Shown one piece after another: positions 1 through 8,956 of a stretch of 64,000 bases of DNA. The stretch comes from a virus. Its lineage: Duplodnaviria; Caudoviricetes. How positions within the stretch are numbered: position 1 is the stretch's first letter; every line of letters starts with the position of its first letter. A model generated the notes under the pieces. That model did not search any database and was not told the DNA's origin. It worked only from the letters and a program-made list of their open reading frames with translations. The stretch lies in IMG/VR virus record IMGVR_UViG_3300021185_002017; one strand, 5' to 3'. A program made the position numbers and the translations under genes.

Positions 1-88
1 TTGCGTTGTCACTTTGTTGTGACGATTGATTAGAACCTTTCGATTCCATTGCCGAGAGCTTCGCTCGGATTTCTGCTAATGAGGCCAT
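1..88 (-). CDS. 5' end of a probable ssDNA-binding protein (gp32-like), runs off the window
   Basis: Not in ORF track. ATG at 88 with AGGAGA RBS; translates MASLAEIRAKLSAMESKGSNQSSQQSDNA, resembling the N-terminus of gp32-like SSBs of large T4-like phages. Only 29 codons visible. Confidence 0.5.
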   Translation of the reverse strand, partial: MASLAEIRAKLSAMESKGSNQSSQQSDNA

Positions 89-157
89 GATATTTCTCCT
101 AAAATGTTTGCCATGTTTGCCATGTGTGTTATCTACAACATTGTGGATAACGGGTTT

Positions 158-186
158 ATTATAAATGCCTAGATAAACAAAGTCAA
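158..186 (-). promoter_or_regulatory. sigma70-type promoter
   Basis: Minus strand TTGACT-17 nt-TATAAT upstream of the ATG at 88. Confidence 0.6.
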
Positions 187-235
187 CCGTTTTTTTAAAA
201 ATGTTGACACATTTTTGTTTAACATGTTTATTTAT

Positions 236-260
236 GAAAAAACCCGCACTAGGCGGGTTT
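236..260 (-). terminator. Rho-independent terminator
   Basis: AAACCCGC-CTAGT-GCGGGTTT hairpin followed by a T-run on the minus strand, downstream of the 418 aa ORF. Confidence 0.7.
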
Positions 261-360
261 AAAATGGTATTCTACTCTATGAAACAAGTCAATTGCTTGT
301 TTATCACTAGTAGTGATGTGGACTTACTCTACACTAAGTGACGCTTCACAGCGGTTCTTA

Positions 361-1617
361 TTATAATATATCGTATTGCTCTAAGAAGTTTTCGTACTCA
401 TCACCTAAGTCTTTGCTTTCAACTGTAGGTGTATTTGTGTTTGCACCAAGTAAACAACTCTTAATTGTGCCGTACTCAAATTGGCTTAACTGACCACCTG
501 ATGTAATTTTCTTACTAACATTTTGTAAGTATTCAGATAGTTTAGTATCGTTTGCAGAAAAACTTAATTGGTTAACTTGATGTCCAAGTCTTGCTTCTGG
601 TGTAGCAAAGTCTACTAAGTCGTTTTCTTTTAGCAAGTCTGTTAGATTGGCAAATGATTCGTTTGCTACTGCTTTTGTAATATAACTTTCAAATGCTGTT
701 TTCTTAAGTGATAAAGACTTTAGTTGTCCTAATACATTACCAACTTTGTCATCAAAATGCGATACTGTAAACTTATCTCTTAATTCTGCATCATCATCTT
801 CAGATAACTCAACTGCTGTTGAAGTTAAGTTTTCAATTGTTGATTCGTATGTTTTAGCACCACTTAATTTCTTAAATGTATTTTTAATGCTTTCTATGTT
901 CTCTACTGCTAGTTGAACATACTCTGCATTATCTTCGTTCATGATTTTTGCTGTTTTAACATAGTGGACAAACTCTCTAAGTTTCTTAAGGTCTTGTGCC
1001 ATCTCAACAATGTTAGTAGCCTGTTCATCAAAAACTTCACCACCTTTTTGTACATGGCGAGCCATTGCTCTAGCCATTGCTAAATTATTTTCAGGTAGTT
1101 TAAATCTTTCGTCGCCTCTTTGTATAAAGATACTGTGAATGTTTCTGCTTCTTGAACCACGCACTTCTTCATTAACTGCTTTTTTATGTTTAACAACAAT
1201 CTTTACATTGTCCAAAGATTGGTAACTTGTTTTGCTAGACCCTGACATTGTGTCGAATCCTTCTTTAATATCTGCCATGTCTTTCTCCGCTTGTTTTGCG
1301 ATATCCTGTTTCTCTCCTACAGCCTTAATTTTTTTACCAAATATCTTGTAGTCGAATTTCATTAAATAGTCTTGAGCAAGATCCTTTAACATTGTTCTCA
1401 CTTTATGCTCACTTAAATCTTCGCTAGTATTCAGTACTAATGTTGATGTTGCTGAATCTAGTCTAACTAAAATATTAGGTTCACTTACAACAAATCGTGT
1501 AGCATCAGTTGGGTCTATAACTTGCTTGCCGTCAGCACTAAAACTGTCCACGCCAAAACCAAACCCTTTTAGTATGTTAAATGTTTTTTCTGATATAACT
1601 GGGATATTTACGCTCAT
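361..1617 (-). CDS. Hypothetical phage protein (late, probably virion-associated)
   Basis: 418 aa ORF directly after the terminase, preceded by GATAAATA (1623-1630); no recognisable catalytic motif. Confidence 0.8.
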   Translation of the reverse strand: MSVNIPVISEKTFNILKGFGFGVDSFSADGKQVIDPTDATRFVVSEPNILVRLDSATSTLVLNTSEDLSEHKVRTMLKDLAQDYLMKFDYKIFGKKIKAVGEKQDIAKQAEKDMADIKEGFDTMSGSSKTSYQSLDNVKIVVKHKKAVNEEVRGSRSRNIHSIFIQRGDERFKLPENNLAMARAMARHVQKGGEVFDEQATNIVEMAQDLKKLREFVHYVKTAKIMNEDNAEYVQLAVENIESIKNTFKKLSGAKTYESTIENLTSTAVELSEDDDAELRDKFTVSHFDDKVGNVLGQLKSLSLKKTAFESYITKAVANESFANLTDLLKENDLVDFATPEARLGHQVNQLSFSANDTKLSEYLQNVSKKITSGGQLSQFEYGTIKSCLLGANTNTPTVESKDLGDEYENFLEQYDIL

Positions 1618-1622
1618 AATAC

Positions 1623-1630
1623 TATTTATC
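1623..1630 (-). promoter_or_regulatory. T4-like late promoter (GATAAATA)
   Basis: Motif 5 nt upstream of the start at 1617; recurs before many structural genes. Confidence 0.65.
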
Positions 1631-1633
1631 TAA

Positions 1634-3211
1634 TTAGAGGAATCCGACTGGCAACGGTGCGTCACCATCATCATCATAATCGTTATCAACAATACCACTG
1701 TTAACAACACTATAAACAGCATCTTCAAATGTGCTAATATAATTAACCATACGAACTTGTAACATCATTGCCATAACTAAGTCGTCCATTTCGCCTGGTT
1801 TAGCCTTAAAACTATTGCCTCTAGAAACAAAATTCTTTAATTCACTAATAAGTACTTTACTTTTAACATGTATCCTATCCTGCTCTAGCAGTCGTTTAAA
1901 GTTTAAACATGCTTCCATTTTACTTCTATGTCCAGTATGAAAACCTTTGCGTCCACGCTTTCCTGCAACTTTTTTAGGATCATGTAAGAACTCTCCAGGG
2001 AAGTTTTCTTCACCTGTGTCTCTAATAACCACAAGTGCCGCTTCACCAATAGTATTGTTCTCTACTGTCCAGTATAAGTTTTTACATCCGCTGTTACTAA
2101 GGTACATTAACATTTCCATTAGTATTCGCATTTGTCCTTCTACTGGAGTTCTATTGTGTGCCCATTCTCCTACTTGCGTCATAGTAGATACATTCATAAC
2201 TTGTATGGCTGCATTATCGCCGCCTGTGCCTGAACTTGGGTCTAATGTTAAACTATATATGTGCTGTGGATTAGGTTTATCGTACCAACGAGCTTCACCC
2301 ATTTTACCAATCGGATCAACTCCTTCCATTTCTACTAATCGTAATGGACTAATAAGTGTTTCATCATATATGATAAATTCACATTCGTGTTCTCGTCTAA
2401 ATCTTTCTTCGCCGATTCTTGCTCGTTCTGCAGATGCCCATTCATCATCACGCTCGGGGTGTGAACTCCAAGTTGACAAGTAACCTTTAAATCCGTTGCG
2501 TCCTACCTCTTGTTCATTACCGTACTCGTCAAACAACTTGTTTGCTTCTGCCCAAATAAGTGCAAAAGTATCATCGTCACTGTTAGGCGTACTTGTTACA
2601 ATACAAGCACCACCTGTACTTAGTGTAGGAGATAGTGCTGTCCAAAACTCTTTAGCAATACGAGGAGGCACAAACGCAAACTCGTCTAAGTAGATAAGTG
2701 TTAAGGACATACCACGACCAGTATTTTCAGTTGTTGTAGTACTTACAATACGACTACCATTATCAAATGTTATACTGCCTTTGTTGTATTCTGTAACACC
2801 TGCTCTAATATGATCAGGGGCACACTCGTATGCATAACGAACTCGTTGCATAATTTCACTAGCACCACTTGCTTTGTGTGCCGCTACAAGTATTGTGCTG
2901 TCTGGTTTGAACATAGCAAACCAAAGTAAGTATCCTGCCGCTACAGTGGTTTTACCCATCTGTCTGCCTAGCATGTTAATACTAAATCTATTATTGTTGT
3001 AGTTTTCTATTAAGTCTAACTGATAATCAAATGGTTCAAAATCTATGCCACCCCTAGTAGGATGTTGTATACGCATATGATTAACCATAAAGTATAATGC
3101 ACCTGTCTCAGGGTCAGCACAATTTTTAAAGTCTCGTAAAGTCTCAGGTGTATATGCTACTTTGGCATAACCTTGTTTAACTAGACCAGTATCAACTGTA
3201 CCTCTAGCCAT
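1634..3211 (-). CDS. terL: Terminase large subunit (gp17-like)
   Basis: Walker A GRQMGKTT, Walker B LIYLDEFAF, VSTTTTENTGRG motif, RNase H-type nuclease domain (LTLDPSSG...DDLVMA). Confidence 0.95.
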   Translation of the reverse strand: MARGTVDTGLVKQGYAKVAYTPETLRDFKNCADPETGALYFMVNHMRIQHPTRGGIDFEPFDYQLDLIENYNNNRFSINMLGRQMGKTTVAAGYLLWFAMFKPDSTILVAAHKASGASEIMQRVRYAYECAPDHIRAGVTEYNKGSITFDNGSRIVSTTTTENTGRGMSLTLIYLDEFAFVPPRIAKEFWTALSPTLSTGGACIVTSTPNSDDDTFALIWAEANKLFDEYGNEQEVGRNGFKGYLSTWSSHPERDDEWASAERARIGEERFRREHECEFIIYDETLISPLRLVEMEGVDPIGKMGEARWYDKPNPQHIYSLTLDPSSGTGGDNAAIQVMNVSTMTQVGEWAHNRTPVEGQMRILMEMLMYLSNSGCKNLYWTVENNTIGEAALVVIRDTGEENFPGEFLHDPKKVAGKRGRKGFHTGHRSKMEACLNFKRLLEQDRIHVKSKVLISELKNFVSRGNSFKAKPGEMDDLVMAMMLQVRMVNYISTFEDAVYSVVNSGIVDNDYDDDGDAPLPVGFL

Positions 3212-4040
3212 TACCGAAACCTTCTATATTATTTTCTTTTGCGTATGTCATAATAGTGTTTGCAATTTGCATATGGCCTTCTCTACTAGGATGATGACGG
3301 TAGGTTTCTCCCGGGTCTGTGTGTACAAGATTCTGTCCACTAAGATGAGAGCATGGTATAAAGTTTTTACCAACATTTTGTGCTACCCTATCTAATATCA
3401 TTCTTCCTTGTTTATGTTTGCCAGGAACCCACCAGTATATGTAATTAATATTATTTTCTACAAAGTATTGTTTTCCACGATTAAAATGATCTGTTGCTTC
3501 AGCAATGTGTTTAAATACTTCTGATCTGTGATGATGTTTTCTAGGTGGATAATTTTGTGTTACTTCTTCGTAATACTTTTCCATTTCTTCATCAGGTATG
3601 TAATCAGGACTTACTTCTTCGCAATGCTGATCTAGGTTTTCATCTAAATGTCTTTTCAAAAACCAAAGTTTAAAGTTTTCAGGACTATCTAAGTCTTCTA
3701 ACTTAGCAAAAGATTCAACATACGATACTGGTTGTATTGTGTCGTTATTGATAGATGTTAGTGTTGACCACTGCTTGTATCTTACTGCTGTTAATTCAAT
3801 TACTACTGAAAGATTTTCTGTTGTGCCGTATTTTTCTTTGTACAGTTCACAGAAGTCTATGGTTTGATCGACACTTGATTGTGGTGGTTTACCTGTGTAA
3901 GAATGATTCCAAAACCGTTCTGGCTGGATATAATCCTTTAGATATGTTGCATAACTTGGTGAAACACCAGGGAAATGGGTTGTATTTTCTTTGCTATAAC
4001 CTGCGGCGAAACTTGCACCGTTAATATATAAATCTGACAT
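3204..4040 (-). CDS. SGNH/GDSL hydrolase-like protein
   Basis: N-terminal INGASF (G-x-S) block and C-terminal HHPSREGH block; GATAAATA at 4046-4053. Confidence 0.55.
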   Translation of the reverse strand: MSDLYINGASFAAGYSKENTTHFPGVSPSYATYLKDYIQPERFWNHSYTGKPPQSSVDQTIDFCELYKEKYGTTENLSVVIELTAVRYKQWSTLTSINNDTIQPVSYVESFAKLEDLDSPENFKLWFLKRHLDENLDQHCEEVSPDYIPDEEMEKYYEEVTQNYPPRKHHHRSEVFKHIAEATDHFNRGKQYFVENNINYIYWWVPGKHKQGRMILDRVAQNVGKNFIPCSHLSGQNLVHTDPGETYRHHPSREGHMQIANTIMTYAKENNIEGFGNG

Positions 4041-4051
4041 GCAGATATTTA

Positions 4052-4468
4052 TCAGCGGATCAGTTTGGCCTTAAGGGTATCTCGGAGTCTATCGATGATT
4101 GTTTGCTTATCAGTAGTATATGCAGGGTCTTCTTTGCTGTCATCTGCACATGCGTCACACTCTTCACCATCTTCATGATCGTGATCTGGGTGCATAATTA
4201 CTGCTGTTTCTGGCTCTTCGTCGCCTGATACTTCGCCTTCGGGCTCTTCTTGTTTAGGTAATGTAATACCTGCAAGTTTTAAAACATCGTGTAATTCTTG
4301 CATACTTGATGCATTAGCACTTACTGTTACAGAAGCATCACCTTTTCTTTTGGTTTTGCTGTAAGAAACATTTTCGCTGTCTTGATCTTGCCCGTCCATA
4401 CCAGGGTAGCCAGGCATCATGCCTTCCATTAAATTTAATAACTTTTTGTTCTCATCATGATTGTTCAT
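4052..4468 (-). CDS. Acidic hypothetical protein
   Basis: 138 aa ORF coupled to its neighbours; D/E-rich C-half. Confidence 0.7.
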   Translation of the reverse strand: MNNHDENKKLLNLMEGMMPGYPGMDGQDQDSENVSYSKTKRKGDASVTVSANASSMQELHDVLKLAGITLPKQEEPEGEVSGDEEPETAVIMHPDHDHEDGEECDACADDSKEDPAYTTDKQTIIDRLRDTLKAKLIR

Positions 4469-5166
4469 TATACTTTCCCGCCACCTGATTGACTAATAAC
4501 ATCAACTTCTTTACTTTGCTCGCCTGTGCGACCCATGTTAGGCTGATTCATCATGTCGTCGTGCATTTGTCTTAAATCATCGCCCATTAGTTGAGATTTT
4601 GTTGGATAGTTAGTAAAGTAGTCTGCACCTTTTTCTGCTTTAATTTTTTCTAATTCTGCTAAAAACTTAGTGTTGTATGCTTCACCAAATAAGTCAAAGT
4701 CTTCAATTTCTGCATTTTCGTTTTCGTAATGGTCGAAACTTTCTTGAGCTAATTCTGCTTCATCTTCGTTTACCACTCTTCCGTCATCTCTTACTTTACG
4801 CTCTGCAGCCATATCGCTTTCGATTCTTCTTGGGTCGTTAACACCGTAGCATAATACTCTACTGTGATCTAAACCTAAGTTAACTGCTAACCATACTTCT
4901 AAAATTCTTTCATTGACTGGGTACTTTAGGATAATATCTGAACTACAAACTTCACTAGTGCATTGTACGCCTTTGTAACGCACAAACTCTATTGGGTTTT
5001 CTTCTATAGGTGTTCTTTTAAAAGGAGTAGCACTAACTAAGTTATACTTTGCTAAACAACTTTCAACTTTAGCCATGTGTTCAGCACCGCAATCTGCAGC
5101 AAACTTAATTCTGTACCCGTATTCCTTGTTAAAGGATTCTGTTATATATTCGTTTAATAATTTCAT
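4468..5166 (-). CDS. Hypothetical phage protein (late)
   Basis: 232 aa ORF, RBS GAGAG, GATAAATA at 5199-5206. Confidence 0.75.
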   Translation of the reverse strand: MKLLNEYITESFNKEYGYRIKFAADCGAEHMAKVESCLAKYNLVSATPFKRTPIEENPIEFVRYKGVQCTSEVCSSDIILKYPVNERILEVWLAVNLGLDHSRVLCYGVNDPRRIESDMAAERKVRDDGRVVNEDEAELAQESFDHYENENAEIEDFDLFGEAYNTKFLAELEKIKAEKGADYFTNYPTKSQLMGDDLRQMHDDMMNQPNMGRTGEQSKEVDVISQSGGGKV

Positions 5167-5221
5167 ATTGTCTCTCTAAGTAATCCAATCGTTACAACTA
5201 TTTATCAATTTGAAGCAAAAA

Positions 5222-5698
5222 TTATTCGCCCTTCATAATTTTTAATAATTCGTTACGATCATATATTTGAGTAGGATTGCCGGAACCGTCGTCTGAAGCA
5301 TCGTTTTGATTCTTTGTTTTATCTAATCTTGCTTTTTTAAGCATCAAATCTAGTTGTTGTAACTTTGCTTTTGTTTTTGTATCTTTTGCTTCGAGTGCTA
5401 TTTTTAACATATTACTAGCCTCGGCAAATATTTTACCTGCGGCCATATCGCTTACATTCATACCTAATTGCATGAGCTGTGCATAACTGTCTAGTGCTTT
5501 AGTAGAGATGTCGTCCATCTCAGTTTCGTGTTCACCTAATCCTCTAATCTCTTTAAATGCATCATTAATTTTTTCTGCAACTGTTAAGCCGTTATTTACT
5601 ATCTCAATCTCTTGCTTAGTTTCTTGAGGAACTTTTTCACTTGCTAGTGCTTCGTCCATAGGTGGTAAATTAAATTCTTCTTCTAGTTTCTTTGTCAT
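5222..5698 (-). CDS. Probable terminase small subunit (gp16-like)
   Basis: Helical 158 aa protein ending DRNELLK, resembling gp16-like proteins; lies between gp4 and terL. Assignment from pattern and position only. Confidence 0.5.
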   Translation of the reverse strand: MTKKLEEEFNLPPMDEALASEKVPQETKQEIEIVNNGLTVAEKINDAFKEIRGLGEHETEMDDISTKALDSYAQLMQLGMNVSDMAAGKIFAEASNMLKIALEAKDTKTKAKLQQLDLMLKKARLDKTKNQNDASDDGSGNPTQIYDRNELLKIMKGE

Positions 5699-6417
5699 TG
5701 TTTAAATCCTAGTTTGATCAACTGTATTGTTCTACCGCCTATGTCTAGAGGATGAAACAATGTTTCTCTTTGCTTCTCATGATGTATTGTGTGGAAGCCT
5801 TCACCGAATGTAAGTAGTCCTACAACTAAATCATTGTGTGCTTCGCCGTTCCTGTGTGAATAAGAAAACACTAAACTGCCTATTAACTTAGCAAAACCTG
5901 CCGGTGCTAACCAAGCATATATTAGTGCAAACGGATCTATTAGTGACAATACTAGTGCATAAAATGCTATAAACTCCCAATAGTACTTAACCTGTGCCCT
6001 ATATAAGTTATCCCTTAATAAGTTACCTGCCCATTTAACATTGGGTTCTGTAAACACTTGCAAGAAGTGTGCGTAAAAGTATCCTTTGAATAAAGGACTA
6101 TGTGGGTCTTTTTCTGTATCAGTAAATTTATGATGTGCTCTATGAGTTGCTACCCAAAGTATTGCAGGGCCTACCATCATTATGTGTGCAAAGAATAACA
6201 TTACTAGCTCAAACCATTTAGGACATTTAAACATCTTGTGACTTAAATATCTATGGTAACCTAATGTTAATCCAAACAACATTATACCAGTGTACATAGT
6301 AGCACCAATAGCCCACTGTGTCGCTGTTGCATACATGAACATGGGCACAATGGCTAACATGCTGGCTACTTGTCCAGCAAAAAGACTATATTGCATTCCT
6401 GCTTTACCTAATTGCAT
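5695..6417 (-). CDS. Delta-9 fatty acid (acyl-CoA/acyl-lipid) desaturase
   Basis: Three His boxes HRYLSH, HRAHH (followed by DPHSP) and GEGFHTIHH, plus hydrophobic segments; GATAAATA at 6423-6430. Confidence 0.9.
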   Translation of the reverse strand: MQLGKAGMQYSLFAGQVASMLAIVPMFMYATATQWAIGATMYTGIMLFGLTLGYHRYLSHKMFKCPKWFELVMLFFAHIMMVGPAILWVATHRAHHKFTDTEKDPHSPLFKGYFYAHFLQVFTEPNVKWAGNLLRDNLYRAQVKYYWEFIAFYALVLSLIDPFALIYAWLAPAGFAKLIGSLVFSYSHRNGEAHNDLVVGLLTFGEGFHTIHHEKQRETLFHPLDIGGRTIQLIKLGFKQ

Positions 6418-6431
6418 AATGCTATTTATCG

Positions 6432-6887
6432 TTACTTTTTGCGTTTGCGGGGATTTCGAGGTTTGTTGTTACGAAATATTTGATCTTCGTTTATAACTTT
6501 GAACCTAATGCCTTTGCGTTTGCACCATTCTTGTGCAGCCGTCCATTTAGCGGCGTTTACAGCAACTTGCATCTGCTGTCCTTTGCCTCTAGCATTTTCC
6601 ATTGTGGTTTGATTTGCTGGTTTGATCTCTATAAGTTCAACATGTTCAGCACCACTTTTGTCTATGTACTGTATCATAAAGTCTGGTACATAGTTAGTGT
6701 ATTTGCCTGTTACTGGATTTTGATATGGTATCTTAACATTTTCACTAGCCCATTTTTTTATGTTAGGGTGTGCGTCACACATACGCATAAAGGCTAGTTC
6801 CCAACTACTTCTATAATATGGTTTTTTATTGCCGGCGTACTTAGGCGTGTTTACTACTTCGTAAACACCCTGAGCGAATTTACTCAT
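6432..6887 (-). CDS. gp4: Head completion nuclease (gp4-like, TnsA-type fold)
   Basis: YRSSWE...WASE..KIPY...YVPDF...IEIKP motifs. Confidence 0.85.
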   Translation of the reverse strand: MSKFAQGVYEVVNTPKYAGNKKPYYRSSWELAFMRMCDAHPNIKKWASENVKIPYQNPVTGKYTNYVPDFMIQYIDKSGAEHVELIEIKPANQTTMENARGKGQQMQVAVNAAKWTAAQEWCKRKGIRFKVINEDQIFRNNKPRNPRKRKK

Positions 6888-7318
6888 GGCTGAATTAGGC
6901 CTGCGACCCTGCTTTTACTGTTTACAGTTGGAACAGCAATACCAACACGACTTCCTATTGGTCGTAAACTATTCATTGCATTGTATGCATCAACTGTAAG
7001 GTTAAGTGAATTTTCATTAACATCAAAATATTCTAACGGGTCTATGCCTTGTGCATCAGCCACTGTTAACAATACTTCTGTCATTGCTTTTGCTGCTGGT
7101 TTTTTGAATCCTGCTTTTTGTAACTTGCTTTCAACCATACTAGTTTTTGCAGGATCAAATGTTTTGTTAGATGCCTGTGTTAATGTTGCAAGTAATTCTG
7201 AACTTGCTTCTGGTAATGGAAATTTTACAGTAGCAGAATCTAGAAATGCATGTAATGCTCCGTCGATTATATCATACTTAGTGGCATTACCAAATGTGTT
7301 ATATAATGAGGTGCTCAT
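6884..7318 (-). CDS. Hypothetical protein
   Basis: 144 aa ORF tightly packed between tail-tube-like gene and gp4. Confidence 0.7.
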   Translation of the reverse strand: MSTSLYNTFGNATKYDIIDGALHAFLDSATVKFPLPEASSELLATLTQASNKTFDPAKTSMVESKLQKAGFKKPAAKAMTEVLLTVADAQGIDPLEYFDVNENSLNLTVDAYNAMNSLRPIGSRVGIAVPTVNSKSRVAGLIQP

Positions 7319-8167
7319 TTATTTTCCTTGTTTACTTCTTGTTCTAGGACTCTCTGGACTACCTAAAAATTCATTGTTTCTAGTATATGAAGGAGTTTCT
7401 CTGTCTACTCCTTGAGTTAAAAATTTTGTTACAAGATCAAATACATCAACATTTTGCTCGAACCTATTTAGATCTTGCTGGTCTAAATCAAAGTTAAACT
7501 TCTGGTTAACTGTCATACTTTCTATTTCAAAGTCTATTGAAAATGTTCTAAAGCCAGAATCAGTATAATCTAGGTCATCGGGGGCAAATCCGGTTATTTG
7601 AGGTCTAAATAAAATATATTCAACTCCTCTACCACCATGGTATTGAATTATTCTGATACTATCAATAAAATGTGTTTCTTCGTGTATATCCATTCCTGCG
7701 TCATTGCTCTTCCATGCACTGGACATAAAAGAGGCTGGAGCAATAGTAGATGTAGCATTAGTGTCCCATTGCTTAGGATCGCCATCTCTTGTAGTGCCAT
7801 CGCCGGTGCCTGTTCTATTACGAGGATCGTTATATTGAAATGCAAAGTACTTCATAAACAAAGTAAGCCATTCGTTAGCCACAGTGTCAATGACTGTCAT
7901 ACTGCAAGGGCCGTAATCGACCCCTGTCTGTATAACTCTGCGATGATTGTATTGTCTTTTGATTGTTGTAGCAAAAGATATTTCTGGTATTTTACAAGTT
8001 TGAACCAGAGAACTAATCTGTGTTCTAAAAGACCCGGAATTATCCATTGCTTTTGCCAGTCTAGGGTTAAAGTGAAATTCCACAAACCCTTGAAACTTTT
8101 GTCTAGGTGGCGTAACATCAGGTTTAAACCTGTCTGCATTACGCCAATTCCTAAAGAAAGATGGCAT
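7319..8167 (-). CDS. Tail tube-like protein (gp19/gp54-like paralog)
   Basis: Tube-type pattern (CKIPEISF..TIKRQYN...DYGPCSMTVID...LDY); directly downstream of the tube gene. Confidence 0.6.
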   Translation of the reverse strand: MPSFFRNWRNADRFKPDVTPPRQKFQGFVEFHFNPRLAKAMDNSGSFRTQISSLVQTCKIPEISFATTIKRQYNHRRVIQTGVDYGPCSMTVIDTVANEWLTLFMKYFAFQYNDPRNRTGTGDGTTRDGDPKQWDTNATSTIAPASFMSSAWKSNDAGMDIHEETHFIDSIRIIQYHGGRGVEYILFRPQITGFAPDDLDYTDSGFRTFSIDFEIESMTVNQKFNFDLDQQDLNRFEQNVDVFDLVTKFLTQGVDRETPSYTRNNEFLGSPESPRTRSKQGK

Positions 8168-8181
8168 AGTTAGTTACCTTC

Positions 8182-8817
8182 TTAACCTGCTGGGCTAGTA
8201 GTCACTAAACCTGTTGCTGCGGCTGTGAATGGTGATTCATTACCAGCTCTACCGTTAACGTTATTTGTACCCGCTTCGTGTGTAGCATTATCAAATCTTA
8301 ATGTTAAAGTAACAATCTGTGACTCAGCTGCTGAATAGTCGTGATCACCGTAAGTAACGTTTTGGATGAAACATCCTTCTAAACGCCAAAACTCAGTTGG
8401 TTTGCTTATTTCAGTACCATCTAGTACTTCAATGTCAGTATCAAATTTAAAGTCGTTACTTGAAGCAGCAGTTGTTTGCTGATAGTGGTTGACTTGTCTT
8501 TGTACTTGAGCACCAACAAGTTTAGCAACACTGTTAGTAATATCATCACGAATAACAACATCTACTGTTTGCCATGTATGCTTGCCTTGTACATAAATTT
8601 TACTGTTAAAACTGTGTACTTCTACTTCGTCAACACTAACAGATGGTCTAGTTACACTTTGAACATTTTGTGTTAGTGATGTTGAATTTTGTGAACCTGC
8701 AAAAGGCGACAAAAAGTTTACACGGAAACGATACTTTAACTTAGGCATTAAAATGCCTGCTTTTTTATTAGCCTCGTCTATCGGTACTCCGAACTTATCT
8801 TTAGTTGGATTTGCCAT
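8182..8817 (-). CDS. gp19: Tail tube protein (gp19-like)
   Basis: VTRPSVSVDEVEV, GKHTWQTVDVVIRDD, WRLEGCFIQNVTYGDHDY, LTLRFD; follows the sheath gene; GATAAATA at 8861-8868. Confidence 0.85.
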   Translation of the reverse strand: MANPTKDKFGVPIDEANKKAGILMPKLKYRFRVNFLSPFAGSQNSTSLTQNVQSVTRPSVSVDEVEVHSFNSKIYVQGKHTWQTVDVVIRDDITNSVAKLVGAQVQRQVNHYQQTTAASSNDFKFDTDIEVLDGTEISKPTEFWRLEGCFIQNVTYGDHDYSAAESQIVTLTLRFDNATHEAGTNNVNGRAGNESPFTAAATGLVTTSPAG

Positions 8818-8909
8818 TTTTATATTCTCCTAAAAAATCTATAAATGTTTTATATGCTATTATTTATCAGATAATGACAAAAAACATAAACTCGAGTTTT
8901 AATTTAGTC

Positions 8910-8937
8910 AAAAAAAAGCACTCCGAAGAGTGCTTTT
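8910..8937 (-). terminator. Rho-independent terminator with C(UUCG)G tetraloop
   Basis: Minus strand AAAAGCACTC-TTCG-GAGTGCTTTTTTTT after the sheath gene. Confidence 0.85.
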
Positions 8938-8956
8938 AATTAGTTTAAGTATAAAC

